Notes under the pieces: model-generated
The model's input: only the letters and a program-made list of their open reading frames with translations
Told to the model about the DNA's origin: nothing
Database searches by the model: none
Assembly (NCBI RefSeq): GCF_009914755.1
Contig: NC_060931.1
Origin: the human T2T-CHM13v2.0 reference genome, Homo sapiens
Strand: one strand, 5' to 3'
DNA length: 64,000 nt
Program-made: the position numbers and the translations under genes
Shown here: one piece after another, positions 43,889-57,426 of the stretch
Layout of the letters: each line of letters starts with the position of its first letter
Position numbering within the stretch: position 1 is the first letter of the stretch

Positions 43889-43913
43889 CCTAAATGACAC
43901 TTATCCTAAATGA
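43773..43913 (+). other. L1 ORF0 homologue (46 aa, MADAPPPAKLQHPRSISDCC...) running into flanking DNA
   Basis: gcaATGg strong Kozak in the L1 5'UTR antisense strand; similar to the ORF0 N-terminus MAGAPPPASLPPCSLISDCC. Confidence 0.7.
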
Positions 43914-43933
43914 CACTTGCCCTAAATGACACT
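43889..43933. repeat. 16-bp unit x3 (cctaaatgacact core) at the L1 5' junction
   Basis: Copies start at 43889, 43905 and 43921. Confidence 0.95.
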
Positions 43934-43939
43934 GATCAC

Positions 43940-44450
43940 TGTTTAAAAATAAGCCAGATTATTAGTCCCTAACTTAAAGCCATTCAATTCATGTGCTTGT
44001 AATAAAACCCAAGCTTTTATCCATGGCCCACCTCCCATCCCTACCATCCCTTGATGATCTTCACTTTCATTTGTTCTCTGGTTGATCCCTTCAACATGGC
44101 ACATCCTTTTTGCCTCATGACAAAAAGTAAAATTAAACTTACATTTCATCTTCCTAAAAGTTTGTCCTCTATACCTTTCTGTGTCGGGTTATTCTTTGTG
44201 AAAGTTCTCAGCACAGATGTGTTCCCTCTCAGACTATCCTTTCTGAAGGAAGCCTCCCCACTTCAATGACCAACTATCGTCATGCTTATTTTCTTCACAG
44301 AGTTTACCACAATTCATTTTCTTACTTATGTAACATTCACCTCACCTACTTAAATACAAACTTTTCAGTGACAGGAACTTGATATAGCTCATTGGCATAC
44401 CTAGTGCACAGCATAATACCTGGCATTGCAGATGGTCAATATTTGTTAAA
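43940..44450 (+). mobile_element. L2 3' fragment
   Basis: ctttctgaaggaagcctcccc...gcataatacctggcattgcagatggtcaatatttgttaaat. Confidence 0.65.
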
Positions 44451-45092
44451 TACTGCACTGGTGAGAATCCCACATTCATCTACTTCTCTGGATCCTACCA
44501 TTCTTGACTTTGTAAATGCTCTTTAGCTAGTGAGCCAATTCACTATCATTTCCCACCCAAAGCCCCCTTGAAAGTATTTGTCTACACTGTGGGTGAATGG
44601 GCCATATCTTCAAGACTGGAAAATTACCCAGACATTCCAAGCTGCATAAAAACAGCTTAACCAAACCTCAAAACTCAATCTGATTTAATACTTTTTATAT
44701 TAATGTATACATAAAGGAAATGTAAAATTTTGCTTTATTTGAATGGTAATTACATTTTAAATCTTGAAATCAAGCCATAACTAAGCCAAATATGTAGTAA
44801 ATACTTTGGGAATATTCAGAATATTTTTTCTCAGTACTTATACTGTTCTACTAAAGATAAATCTAAAACTAGCATAAATCATCACACTTTTTCTAGTTTC
44901 CCAAAGGAATTACTAAATTTACCTCTTATATTGAAAAAAAAATTGGGGGGAGGCAAATCATGAGACCATTAAAAATTGTTTTAACATACACAAAGTGGTG
45001 GCTCCAATTTGAAATATAAAGACCTGAATCCACAAGAGGCAAGAGTGACATCTTTTAATGGTAGAAAAGATGGATTTACATTGAAATATTTA

Positions 45093-45420
45093 GGCCAGGT
45101 GCAGTGGCTCATACCTGTGATCCCAACACTTTGAAGGGTGGGTAGATTGCTCGAACTCAGGAGTTTGAAACCAGCCTGGACAACAAGGTCAAACCCCATC
45201 TCTACAAAAGAAATAAAAAAAAAAATTAGCCAGATGTGGTGGTGCATGCCTGTGGTCCCAGCTGCTCAGGAGGCTGATGCGAGATGATTACTTGAGCCTG
45301 GGAGGCGGAGGTTGCTGTGAACAAAGATCGTACCAGTGCACTCCAGGCTAAGTGACAGAGGCAGACCCTGTCTCAAAATAATAATAGTAATAATAAGGAA
45401 AAAATAAAGAAAGAGAAAAA
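45093..45420 (+). mobile_element. AluJ
   Basis: agattgctcgaactcaggag, tgtggtcccagc, agaccctgtctc, degenerate tail. Confidence 0.9.
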
Positions 45421-45809
45421 GAAAAATTTGAATTTATTGTGCTAAGTTTTCTTCGTTAAATTTATATAATTTCTTCTATAGTATGTACTGTTAAAATGCT
45501 TTTTACAATCAAATATTAATTAAATGTCATTACGCATTAGCAACTTCAATTAGAAATTGAAACAAAACACAAATGCACATGAAAAGATCAATTATTTTCA
45601 GAGAGAATAGAGTACAATACTGAATTTTCAATAATTCAAAATTTACTTTGGTTGCCAATATAGAGCTTTATTTTAAGTCCTGATTATAATTAGGCTTGGT
45701 TTATATTAAATAAGGTACTAAGAATAGTGACAATCTCTTTGCCTTAGCACTACTGAGATATGTAAGAAGTCAGAATTATAAGAGACTGGAAGAAAAAGGA
45801 AGGTTCTTA

Positions 45810-46632
<823 letters not shown>

Positions 46633-46680
46633 TAGGTTGATGATCCATTAATGTAAAACCATTTTCTCTTTTCAAACTTC

Positions 46681-46688
46681 GTGTGTGT

Positions 46689-46731
<43 letters not shown>
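46681..46731. repeat. (GT)n microsatellite, ~25 units
   Basis: Direct reading; one interruption. Confidence 0.95.
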
Positions 46732-46733
<2 letters not shown>

Positions 46734-49700
46734 TTTGTTCTCTGACCTTCTCCTCCACAGCCTTCTTAGGTCTCATCTCTCTACTTGTTTGTCTCTATAC
46801 AATGGTAAGCTTTTGGGACTAGAACCACATGTCCCACCCATCATGACACTCCCAGAAGTGCCTAGCCTCACATTATGCATATACTAAAATGTGTGTCTGT
46901 ATATATAGAATAGAAAACCAAATGCAATGGTTTCCCTCATGTCCATTTTATGTCCCTGGAAGTATAATATACTTTTATATCTAGACTATAAGTCCTGTAT
47001 CTGTATAGGGATTATTAGTTTTTCAAAGAACTTTCATAATTATGCCCTTATTTTGATAACAATGATATGAAATAACAAGAGCAGTGTTATTACACAGTAG
47101 GAAACTGAAGTATAAACCTTTAGATATCTCTAGATGATTTGTCTTAATTCACAAAAACTGGCAGAACTTAGACTAAGATACATATTCTCTCCTTTTAATC
47201 CAAGTTTGTTTCTCTTAGATACACTTGAAATGCCTTTCACAATAGTGAAAATTAAGTACTTTGTTCGCAAAAGGAAAAACAAGAAAAAAAAAGATCAACC
47301 AGCTTTTAAAAAATTTATTGTGACTCAACCTTAATTGACTTAAACTTTGGTTAAACAGAAATAACTGCGAACCCATTTGAACAAGTCATCAGTGTTCAAC
47401 AAAATATTCAACACATATTTGATGAGTGCCAAAAACTTTACTAGACAAAGTGAACTTTGAAACCCCTAACTGAAACCCCATACAGGATCTTCCTCACTGT
47501 TTGTTTGTCATTAATTTAGTATAACTACCTATAGTGCTACCTTACTAAAAAATACTATTTCCGTCACTTGCCTTTGCTTGGCTACATGGCAACTAAATGA
47601 CCAGAGTAATGTCAACAACGTGGATTCTTCCAGGGGCCTGTGACATCAGTGCTGTTGGAGGAGTTCAGTGCTAATAGATTTGGCTCATGTTTTCAGTTGT
47701 TTGATTTTCAGTCTGGAAAAACAGCGTACAGCATAGCAAAAATAAACAATTACCAAGGTTCTGGGAAGCATACTAGAAATAAAGGATTTATTTTATGCTT
47801 TTATATTCTTTTCTACTGTTTTATGCCTAACCAAAATAAAATGTGCATTTCTTAAATCACTGACCCCAAGGCCAAAATAATGGTCAAGTACAAAAAAGAA
47901 AGAAGGAGAAAAAGGAGAAAGCCTGAAATATACCAAAGTGAAAATGAAGCCAAGAGAGATATACATGGGTATTGCTTACTAAACAACAAAATAAGAGGAT
48001 AACTTAAAAACAACAACAAAAAAGAATACCAAAAAAACACACAAAACAAACAAAAAATAATAGGATAACTTAAAGTAGGACTCCCCAAGGTGTTTGAACA
48101 ACACCATTTTTTGTAGAAGGCAAAGATAAAGCTCCAGTTCTGACAAAGCCTCATAAAGAATGGGCTGGATCAGAAAGGACTTAATAAGTGGCATTGTAGA
48201 GGGTAGATGGGATTGTATGACTAATCATAGCAAGAGCTGTTTTTTAAAATCCAGGCCTGCAAGTGCCACACTCTTTTTCAGGAAGAAAGAATACCTGTGG
48301 GCAAAGTGAGGCTGTAGCAGTGGCAGGTGCCTAAAATATGAAGGCCAAGCTGCCACATTGCTCCCTGGAAATTCACAAACAATGCTACCTAAATTTCTTA
48401 TTCCCAAAATAGAAATAGGTGGGTCCAAGGACAGTTCTTCTAACACCGTGCTTCAACTATTTTAACCTAAGACTCTTCATCTTTCATATCAGTTGCTATA
48501 ATTATCATTTTGAAACAGTACATGCATTTCTTGCTATATATAGATAGAAGGAATGCGTATTTGGATGTCAGTGTCATTTTGTATACCTTCCTTGGAACAA
48601 CAGTAGTATTCAACTAGTCCTTCACTGTTAAATCTGACCCCTCCCTGAAACTCATTCTCACCAGACAAAACTAGAGGCACTGTTTGAAAAGCTAGGACTC
48701 ATTTTGTTTCCCCTTTGAGAAACCCCACAGGAAAAGCCAGCTTTCATAGAGGCAAATGTGGAAGCGATTACTAGCATTATGAATAGATCATTCTTTCAAA
48801 TATATGAGTTACTCAAAGTATGTCTTATTGTGTGTGCATAGATGACTAACTACTTGAGGAATAGGCCTCATTAAAATGGTGGTGCCATGGTCATTGTATC
48901 ATCATCATCATCATCACTCCCATACTACAGATAAATAATCTCAAAAATGTAAATAATGCATCTACAGAAACAGTAAGTGGTAAAGCAAGACGTGTTCACA
49001 GGACTATGTCTTCAGTAACAGGCTCTCATTTATTTTACCACATGATCTTATTTTGGCTTTTCTATCATTATATGCATTATTTTAAATGTTGTATGGTATA
49101 GGTAGATCTATAACAACTATTATATAAACGGATAAAACAGGCATACCATCATTAGTTTAAGAGCAGAAAAGTCACTGCAATGTGTCAAGCCACACTTTAA
49201 AGTGTTAGGTGCACATTTTCCCACACATTTGCATTATACTCTAAAGCTTTATATGAATTTCTAATATTGTAAGTAAAAAAAAGTTGTATAAAATTAAAGT
49301 GTTTCACAATGCTGATTGCTTTTCACAAGAATTCTTCATTGAAAAATTCCAAATTAGATTAATAATGATAAAATGTAGACAATGTATGCAATGATCTAAC
49401 TTTTACCCTTGACTATTGCAATACACAGTTAATAGTGGTTTAAACATAAAATACTTCTCAGTTTGCTTTGAAGATGACTGAAACGCACCTTCTTTTATCA
49501 CAGTTAAAGAGGAGTTAGGACCTCTCATTTCACATTTACGGTTTCTCAATTTTTGAAATAAAACTGGCAAATTCACTACAATCCACGTATTTATATTCAT
49601 TAACACTGAGTACAAAGAAAATGTCAGAGATGAGACGAAAAACAAAAGCGTGTAGTGCTCCCAGTAGCTTAAGAAGTAGAGAGTTTCAGGAAAAAGGGAA

Positions 49701-50379
49701 GAATCACTGGCAGCAAATCCAATGAGGGTTTGTAAAATAAGAAATGAAAATGAATATAAAATATGAAATGAGTTTCTAATGTAAGTCAGAAAGAGGTCAC
49801 TGAGACCTGCAAAACGAGTTGTTTTAGTAGGGGGGTGTAGGGGATAGAGGCCAGATGGCTTTGTGAGTGCCGATGGTGGCCTGAGTTAATCCAAGGATAG
49901 CTGTGTCAAAACAAATTTAAGGCAGACTATTTTCATTGGAAAATCAGTAAGACAATAAACTTAATTGGTTTTTTAAAAGAAAACAACCTTCCTCAATTAA
50001 AAATCCCAATTTTTTTGCTTGTTTTATTAATACATTTGCTACTCATTTTTTTAGACTATATATGCTCAATAACTTGACCTAAAAATTCTTGATCAGATTA
50101 GATGTCACTGACTGCCCTATCTCCGTCTGTATATCAGACTAGCAATTATTAAACAAAAATCAAAGACAGCAAATTAGTATGACAAGAAGATTGTATTTAA
50201 TGAAATTTGACCTGAATCTGAAAGATGGAGAAAGAAAAATAGTGTGTATTAAAATATGTCAAAAGTGGATTAGGCTCTGACAACACAAAGACTTACAGAT
50301 TTGTCTCTTGAACAAATACCTTTAAATTGTGCGTTAATTCCAAGTGGTTTGGTTTTGTTCCATCAGTAGCAACACTCCC

Positions 50380-50635
50380 TGCAGCTGAATTGGCAGGTCC
50401 TTTGTTTTCATAAGAGTTCTTTGAACCAATCAGGACAGAGATAATCTTATTATACCTCTGTAGGCTTGCGTTTCTTTTGATGAGAGTCTAGAGAAGTCAT
50501 GGGTAATACTTTACCGTGTGCCAGAGACCGCTTATGTTTCAGTTGTACAAGGTCAGGTCTTAATTTAACCACCAACTGGATACTTAATTTTAGATACACA
50601 GAAGCACACATTGGCTCCAGGGCACTTCCTCTGAT
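50380..50635 (+). promoter_or_regulatory. ASB15: Candidate muscle/heart promoter of ASB15
   Basis: E-boxes CAGCTG 50382, CAGTTG 50540, CAACTG 50573; CCAAT 50426; AGATAA 50439; CAAGGTCA 50548; MEF2-type TTAATTTTAG 50584-50593; in non-repeat DNA just upstream of a strong donor. Confidence 0.55.
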
Positions 50636-50685
50636 TTAGGAAGGCAAGTCCCTGGATAAGAATGACAAGATGATCATTCCAAAAG
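50635..50685 (+). other. ASB15: Candidate ASB15 non-coding first exon (start approximate)
   Basis: Donor AAG|GTGAGA at 50685/50686 directly after the motif cluster. Confidence 0.55.
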
Positions 50686-51594
50686 GTGAGATTATGAAAT
50701 ATTTGATCTGTACCTCACCAACTAGCTTATTGAATAGTTCATTATTGGTAATATTTTAAACAGATTGAAATACAAATTATAGTAGCTACTCATTACTTTC
50801 TTTCCACTTGATCACCTACGGGCTTACCTGTTTAGAGCCTTTTTAATTAGAGACTAAAGCTAGAATTTGTTTGCTTATAGAATATCAACTCAATTGCATA
50901 ATTACTAAGCATAAAAAATTGTATCATGAGAAAAACAGATTAAGAATGAGTATCCTTATAGAACATGTCAATATATTTACTATAGAATCCCAGAAGGGTC
51001 TCAGCTCACCTCTTGGTTTCTAATAAAAAAAATTAAATAATTTTTGTGAATAAATAAAATAAATCTTTTAAGGCTTTTTCATCACTTGTTGAAAAAGATG
51101 AATGCTTTCTGCCCAGATTGAAACATTTCTTTAAATTAGTTAGATTTTTAAAAAAATAAACCGAATAGAATTGGAAATTTACTCCTGCAAATTATATCAC
51201 AAAATCTAAAGGTTGGAAAGTCCTTAAAATTTATCTGATATCATCACTCATATTGTTCTTAAATGCACAGTTAACTTCTAAGGAGCTTTCTATATCTAAA
51301 ATGATTTGACTTCCACGAAGTAAAGCAGTGATGTGGACAAGAAAAATCTTATCACTGCTTTGTGCTGAGATTATTAATTTATTGTGATAAAAATTATAAT
51401 TTTACACTTCAGTTATTTTATGAGAATATTTTATCTTCAAATAGAAATTTGCCTACAAGTTTTATATTTCCCCTGGAGTTGTTCGATGAATTTGTTAGGT
51501 AGTTGCTTAAACTTTTTGAGAAAACTTTTTCTCAGGTTTATGAATTTTTAGGTTACAAAATAAGACCCTCTTTTCATTAATTCATTCAAAGTAG

Positions 51595-51850
51595 CAGAGT
51601 CATAGTTAGAGTATACTGGTTAAGCGTGTGTGGCCTCCATTGTCAGATGACTGGGCTATATCCCACTCTCCACTGCCCACTAGATATGTGGGCTTAGGTA
51701 AGTTACCTAATGACTCTGTGCTTCAGTTTTCTCATCTGTAAAGTGGGGGAGAATTATGTCATAGACGTTAAGTGACATCCATTTAATGCACTTAGTGTAA
51801 TCCCTATCACAGGTAAACACTCAATAGATATTAGTTATAATAATTATTAA
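51595..51850 (+). mobile_element. MIR
   Basis: ggtaagttacctaatgactctgtgcttcagttttctcatctgtaaagtgggg. Confidence 0.8.
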
Positions 51851-52802
51851 ACTCAATATAAAAATACTTATTAAAGACTTGCTATGCTATGTGCTTTACT
51901 GTGTGCTAAACCTTAAAGAGAAATTGGTATTATTTCTGGAGAAAAATCTAAAATACATTATTTAAAGGCAGAAAACTCTCTGAGGGCATGGATCCCATAT
52001 ATATGTGTCTAGCCCTGTGCCTGGAACACAACAGACATTGAATGTATATTTTTGCATGGACAAATAGGATAGTCTGAACATCCTTAGGAAAAAAATAATC
52101 ACTAAGAATTGGTGGGTTAATTCTTTTCCTTTGTCTTTTTGATTAGCAGAGCAAAGGAATGTAGTATCACAGATAACTGTGCATTTGTATTACAACAAGG
52201 TATTTGACAATATTCCTTGATGATGGTCTTATTATCAAAAAGGAGACATTAATACTAGGTGGTGGTGTCTTTAAGAGGATTTGTAGCTGGATAAACACCT
52301 TTTCTGGGAGGGTGCAAAATAATGGATCAATGTCAACATAGAGGCCTCTGTCCTTTGCCAATTTCTTTTCAACATTTATCTTTATCAGTGGAGCTTAAGG
52401 ACATATAGAAGGCATGCTTATTAAGTCAGCAAATAAAACAATACTTGGAGAGATAGAAAATGCATTCAATTTTAGCAGAAGGAAATAAAGGCCAAATTGA
52501 AAAAATATAAAATGTAATAGGAATAAATAGAGTCCAATAGGGTCCTGCATACAATTGCACAGAAAACAACGTGGGGAAAACATACGACTTGTAGATCTTT
52601 GGGATACTGGGGTCTAAATCAAGTCTGTAACATAATAGCCTAAATATTTATCTGAACTTGGACTAAATTAACAGATGTATAGTGTTTGAGAAAAGGGAAC
52701 ACTTAAACTTGTGTTGGTCTGACTGTAGCTGTTGTGTTGCCTTCAGAGCCTGTGGTTCAGTGTCACTTTTAGAAAGAAATGGATAAACAAATGTGTTTCC
52801 AG

Positions 52803-53372
<570 letters not shown>

Positions 53373-54012
53373 CTAAAGAAGAAGCACCGTGTGAGGAGAT
53401 AGCAAACTCCCTGACACTTTGATGTTCAAACTGAGGCTACCAATTACTTATTGGGCATGTTGTAAATAAAATTTACAGGTGGGGCTACCTGACAGTCTTT
53501 AACTCTGAAAATTGGTGATTCTAGGGAAAAGGAGGGAGAAGAAAATAAAATGGGGGTGTCAGGGTCAATATTCAAGGGTAAGGAATAGAACTAAAACTTT
53601 CAAAAAGTACTAGAATCCTACTTTCCCATTCCACAGGAGTTCAATCACAGAATAATAACAGGTAATGTTTACTGACTACTTGTGACACGTCAGACACAGT
53701 TAACCAGGCAGCTAATGCAGGCAGGTCAGCATTTGAACAAAGGTTCAACCGTTATATTCAACTGCCTCCAACAGAAAGAAATCAATGGCCTGTACATGAT
53801 TTCAAAACAAGATATGAAAAAATGCAGTGACTCATTATTATTTGAATCAATTTTGAAGGGAAAAAAATTTGACTTGAGCACCAGACAGGATTGTTTGTCA
53901 TGTTGAACAAAATACATTATGCCAGGAATGAATATTTTTGGAGAGAATATATGCATATATATTTGTATATGAATATTTATGTGTATATGCATAAGAATAA
54001 TACTTTTTAAAA

Positions 54013-54775
54013 TGCTCAACATCCCTAATCATTAGAGAAATGCAAATCAAAACCACAATGAGATACCATCTCACACACCAGTTAGAATGGCTACTACTAA
54101 AAAGTCAAAAAATAACAGATGCTGGCGAGGTTATGGAGAAAAGGGAATGCTTATACAATGCTGGTGGGAATGTAACTTAGTTCGGCCACTGTGGAAAACA
54201 GTTTGGTGATTTCTCAAAGAACTTAAAGCAGAATTACCATTCAATCCAGTAATCGCATTTTTGGATATACACCCAAAGGAATATAAATCACCGTACCATA
54301 AAGATACATGCACACGTACGTTCACTGCAGTATTGTTCACAACAGCAAAAACATGGAATCAACCTAAATGCACAATGACAGTAGACTGGATAAAGATAAT
54401 GTTGTACGTATACACCATAGAATACTAGCCAGCCACAAAAAAGAATGAGATTGTGTCCTTTGCAGCAACATGGATGGAGCTGTAGGGTCATTATCCTAAG
54501 CAAATTAACACCGGAACAGAAAACCAAATACCCCATGTTCTCACTTACAAGTAGGAACTAAACTGTGAGTACATACGGACACAAAGAAGGGAACAACAGA
54601 CGCCAAGACCTACCTGAGGGTCGAAAGTGGGAGGAGGGCAAGGATAGAAAAACTACCTATGAGGTACTATGCCTATTACCTGCATGATAAAATACTCTGT
54701 ACACCAAACCCTTGCAATATACAATTTACCTATATAACAAACGTTAAGATAAAACTTAAAATGAAAGTTAAAAAA
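54013..54775 (+). mobile_element. L1PA15/16-like 3' end with 17-bp TSD
   Basis: ORF2 C-terminus and 3'UTR; TSD aataatactttttaaaa at 53996-54012 and 54776-54792. Confidence 0.92.
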
Positions 54776-55233
54776 AATAATACTTTTTAAAAGTCTGGAG
54801 ATATTATTTTTATTGTTACTATAGGTAATCAATGTAGTCAAAACGTTTTTTACTCACCCTACAACTCAATTGCACAAACCAAAAGTAGCTTTTTTATTGT
54901 CTGTAACTGGCCTCACCTTTCTCAGGAGCCACCACTCACTAATTAATGGAAAATAAACTATTGATTTCATGCAGACAGACACAATAACTTAGGTAATGAA
55001 GCCACTGCTTGGACGATTCAGATAAATGAATTGCTCTTTCAAATTTCTGCTCCTTCCCACGCCAAGAAACTCTCTTCACCAAGTTCTACCTGCTTTCCTG
55101 TACATTTGGGCAATCTTCTCTCTTCTCGAGGTCACCAAGGTTCCTGGCCTGCTCAGTCCTAAGAGGTAGATGCTAAGCTAATTTTCCTGAGAGGGCTTTG
55201 TAAGCTTTGCCTCTGTAAAGTCCATCTTAGTTC

Positions 55234-55983
55234 ACTTTTCTTGTTGTTACTGGTGGTGAAAACTCTTAAAATCTACACCCTTAGCAAATTTCAAGTATAC
55301 AATACAATATTGTTAACTACAGTTATATTGTTGTACATTAGATTTCCAGAATTTACTCATCCTGCTTAACTGAAATTTGTACCCCTTGGCCAGCACCTCC
55401 TAGCCCCAGGCAACCAACATTCTACTCTTTTTTCTATGACTTCAACTTTTTAGATTCCACAGATAAATATCACAATATTTGTCTCTCTGTACCTGGCTTG
55501 TTTCATTTAGCATAACGTCCTCTAGGTTGATCCATGTTGTCACAAATGGCAAGATTCTCTTCTTTTTTAAGGTTAATAGTCCATTGTAAATACACAGCAC
55601 ATTTTCTTCATTTATTCATCTGTCAATGGACATTTAGGTTGTTTCTATATCTTGGCTGCCGTAAATACTGCTGCAACTAACATGGAAGTGCAGATATCTC
55701 TCTGAGATAGTGATTTCAATTCCTTTGGATATATACACACAGAAGTGAGATTGCTGGATCATAAGGTAGTTCTATTTTTAAATTTTTGAGAAACCTTTGT
55801 ACTGTTTTTTAAAATAGCTATACCCCCAAAAAAGATAAACTATGTGCCAGAATGGATAGTTTACTTAGCTTGATAGTGGTGAATATTTCACAATGTATAC
55901 ATATGTCGAATTATCAAGTTGTACATGGTAAATACATATAATTTTAAATTGTCAACTATACTTCAATAAAGTTGGGGGAAAAA
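55234..55983. mobile_element. L1MA9/10-like 3' end with 5' inversion
   Basis: Minus-strand 3'UTR piece 55234-55825 followed by plus-strand terminus (...cttcaataaagttgggggaaaaa); TSD tccatc(t/a)tagttc. Confidence 0.8.
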
Positions 55984-56201
55984 TCCATCATAGTTCCTTA
56001 AAAGTGGTTAGTCATATCTGGTTAAATAAACATCATACTTAAACTAACACTTTACATATAATGTTAAATATTCTTCAAGTATATGAATTTTAATAACTGT
56101 GTAGTATTCCATTTTTATGTGTACAATAATGTCTTATACAAATTTCCTATTTTGGGACATTTATGTTGTTTCTAATGTTTTGGCAATTTAAACACAGCTG
56201 A

Positions 56202-56558
<357 letters not shown>

Positions 56559-57365
56559 TTCTTCCTAGACATAGAATTACAGAAGAAGGATAGGGCTTTT
56601 AAAAATCATTATATCACATTAGCTTGTGATCAGGGCACGTCTACTAATAAGTTGTCTTTTCATGGGCTTATCTTTCTTTAACTCTTTGCTATTCTGTAAG
56701 TTTATATTCCCCTAGAAACCTGTGAGTTTGTGAGTCTAAAGCTCCTTCCTAAACTGTTATGAGTGTAGTCCTCAAAAGCTAACATGCATCTTCCCACATT
56801 TCTGTTATAATTAAATTTGACTTGGAAATCAATAGTAAAGAGTAAAACTTTCTTTTTTCTCTATTTTTTCTTGTTCTTATTTTATTTTTTTATCTAGTCC
56901 TCATACTAATTTCATTAAAATTTTTTACTTTTGTAATATGAAACTGGAGATAAAACTACTAAACGGGTTCTATCGTTAGTATATTTGCATAGAAATTAAG
57001 CATCAATCAGTAAAGCCCCAAAATTTGAAGAGAATTCGGCAAAAATATATCTGTGACCTATAAAGAAACACAAGGCTAATTTTAAGAGTTGTGTGTATTT
57101 AATTATACAATTATTCATTCATTTAGTAAATGCTGAGTTTTTATCCCATGCCAGATATCATGTTTAGTTTCTACAGATCATTTTGCCTTTTATATCTTTT
57201 TCTAAAATGTTGAGTTGTGTTTCTTCGAAGTAACATAAAAGTAGCATTTGTTTTTTGGACTAAGATTGTTTGTGTGTGTGCATGTTTTCAAGGTATCAGA
57301 AGAACATACTTTGCTGTTAAGAAAGATGCTATTTAAACTGATTTAGTTCTCCCCATCATGCTTAG

Positions 57366-57426
57366 GATTTCTCTTCAGTAGAAAAGGCAAATACCATAAA
57401 GAAGGAATCGCTGTAACTTATTGCTT
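57366..57426 (+). other. ASB15: Candidate ASB15 5'-UTR exon (internal or alternative first exon)
   Basis: Donor CTT|GTAAGT at 57426/57427; acceptors cttAG (57365) and ctcttcAGtAG; GCTATTTAAA at 57328-57337. Confidence 0.55.

Noticed and set aside
43889-43933. CRISPR-like repeat array
   Set aside because: Eukaryotic DNA; adjacent 16-bp units without spacers.
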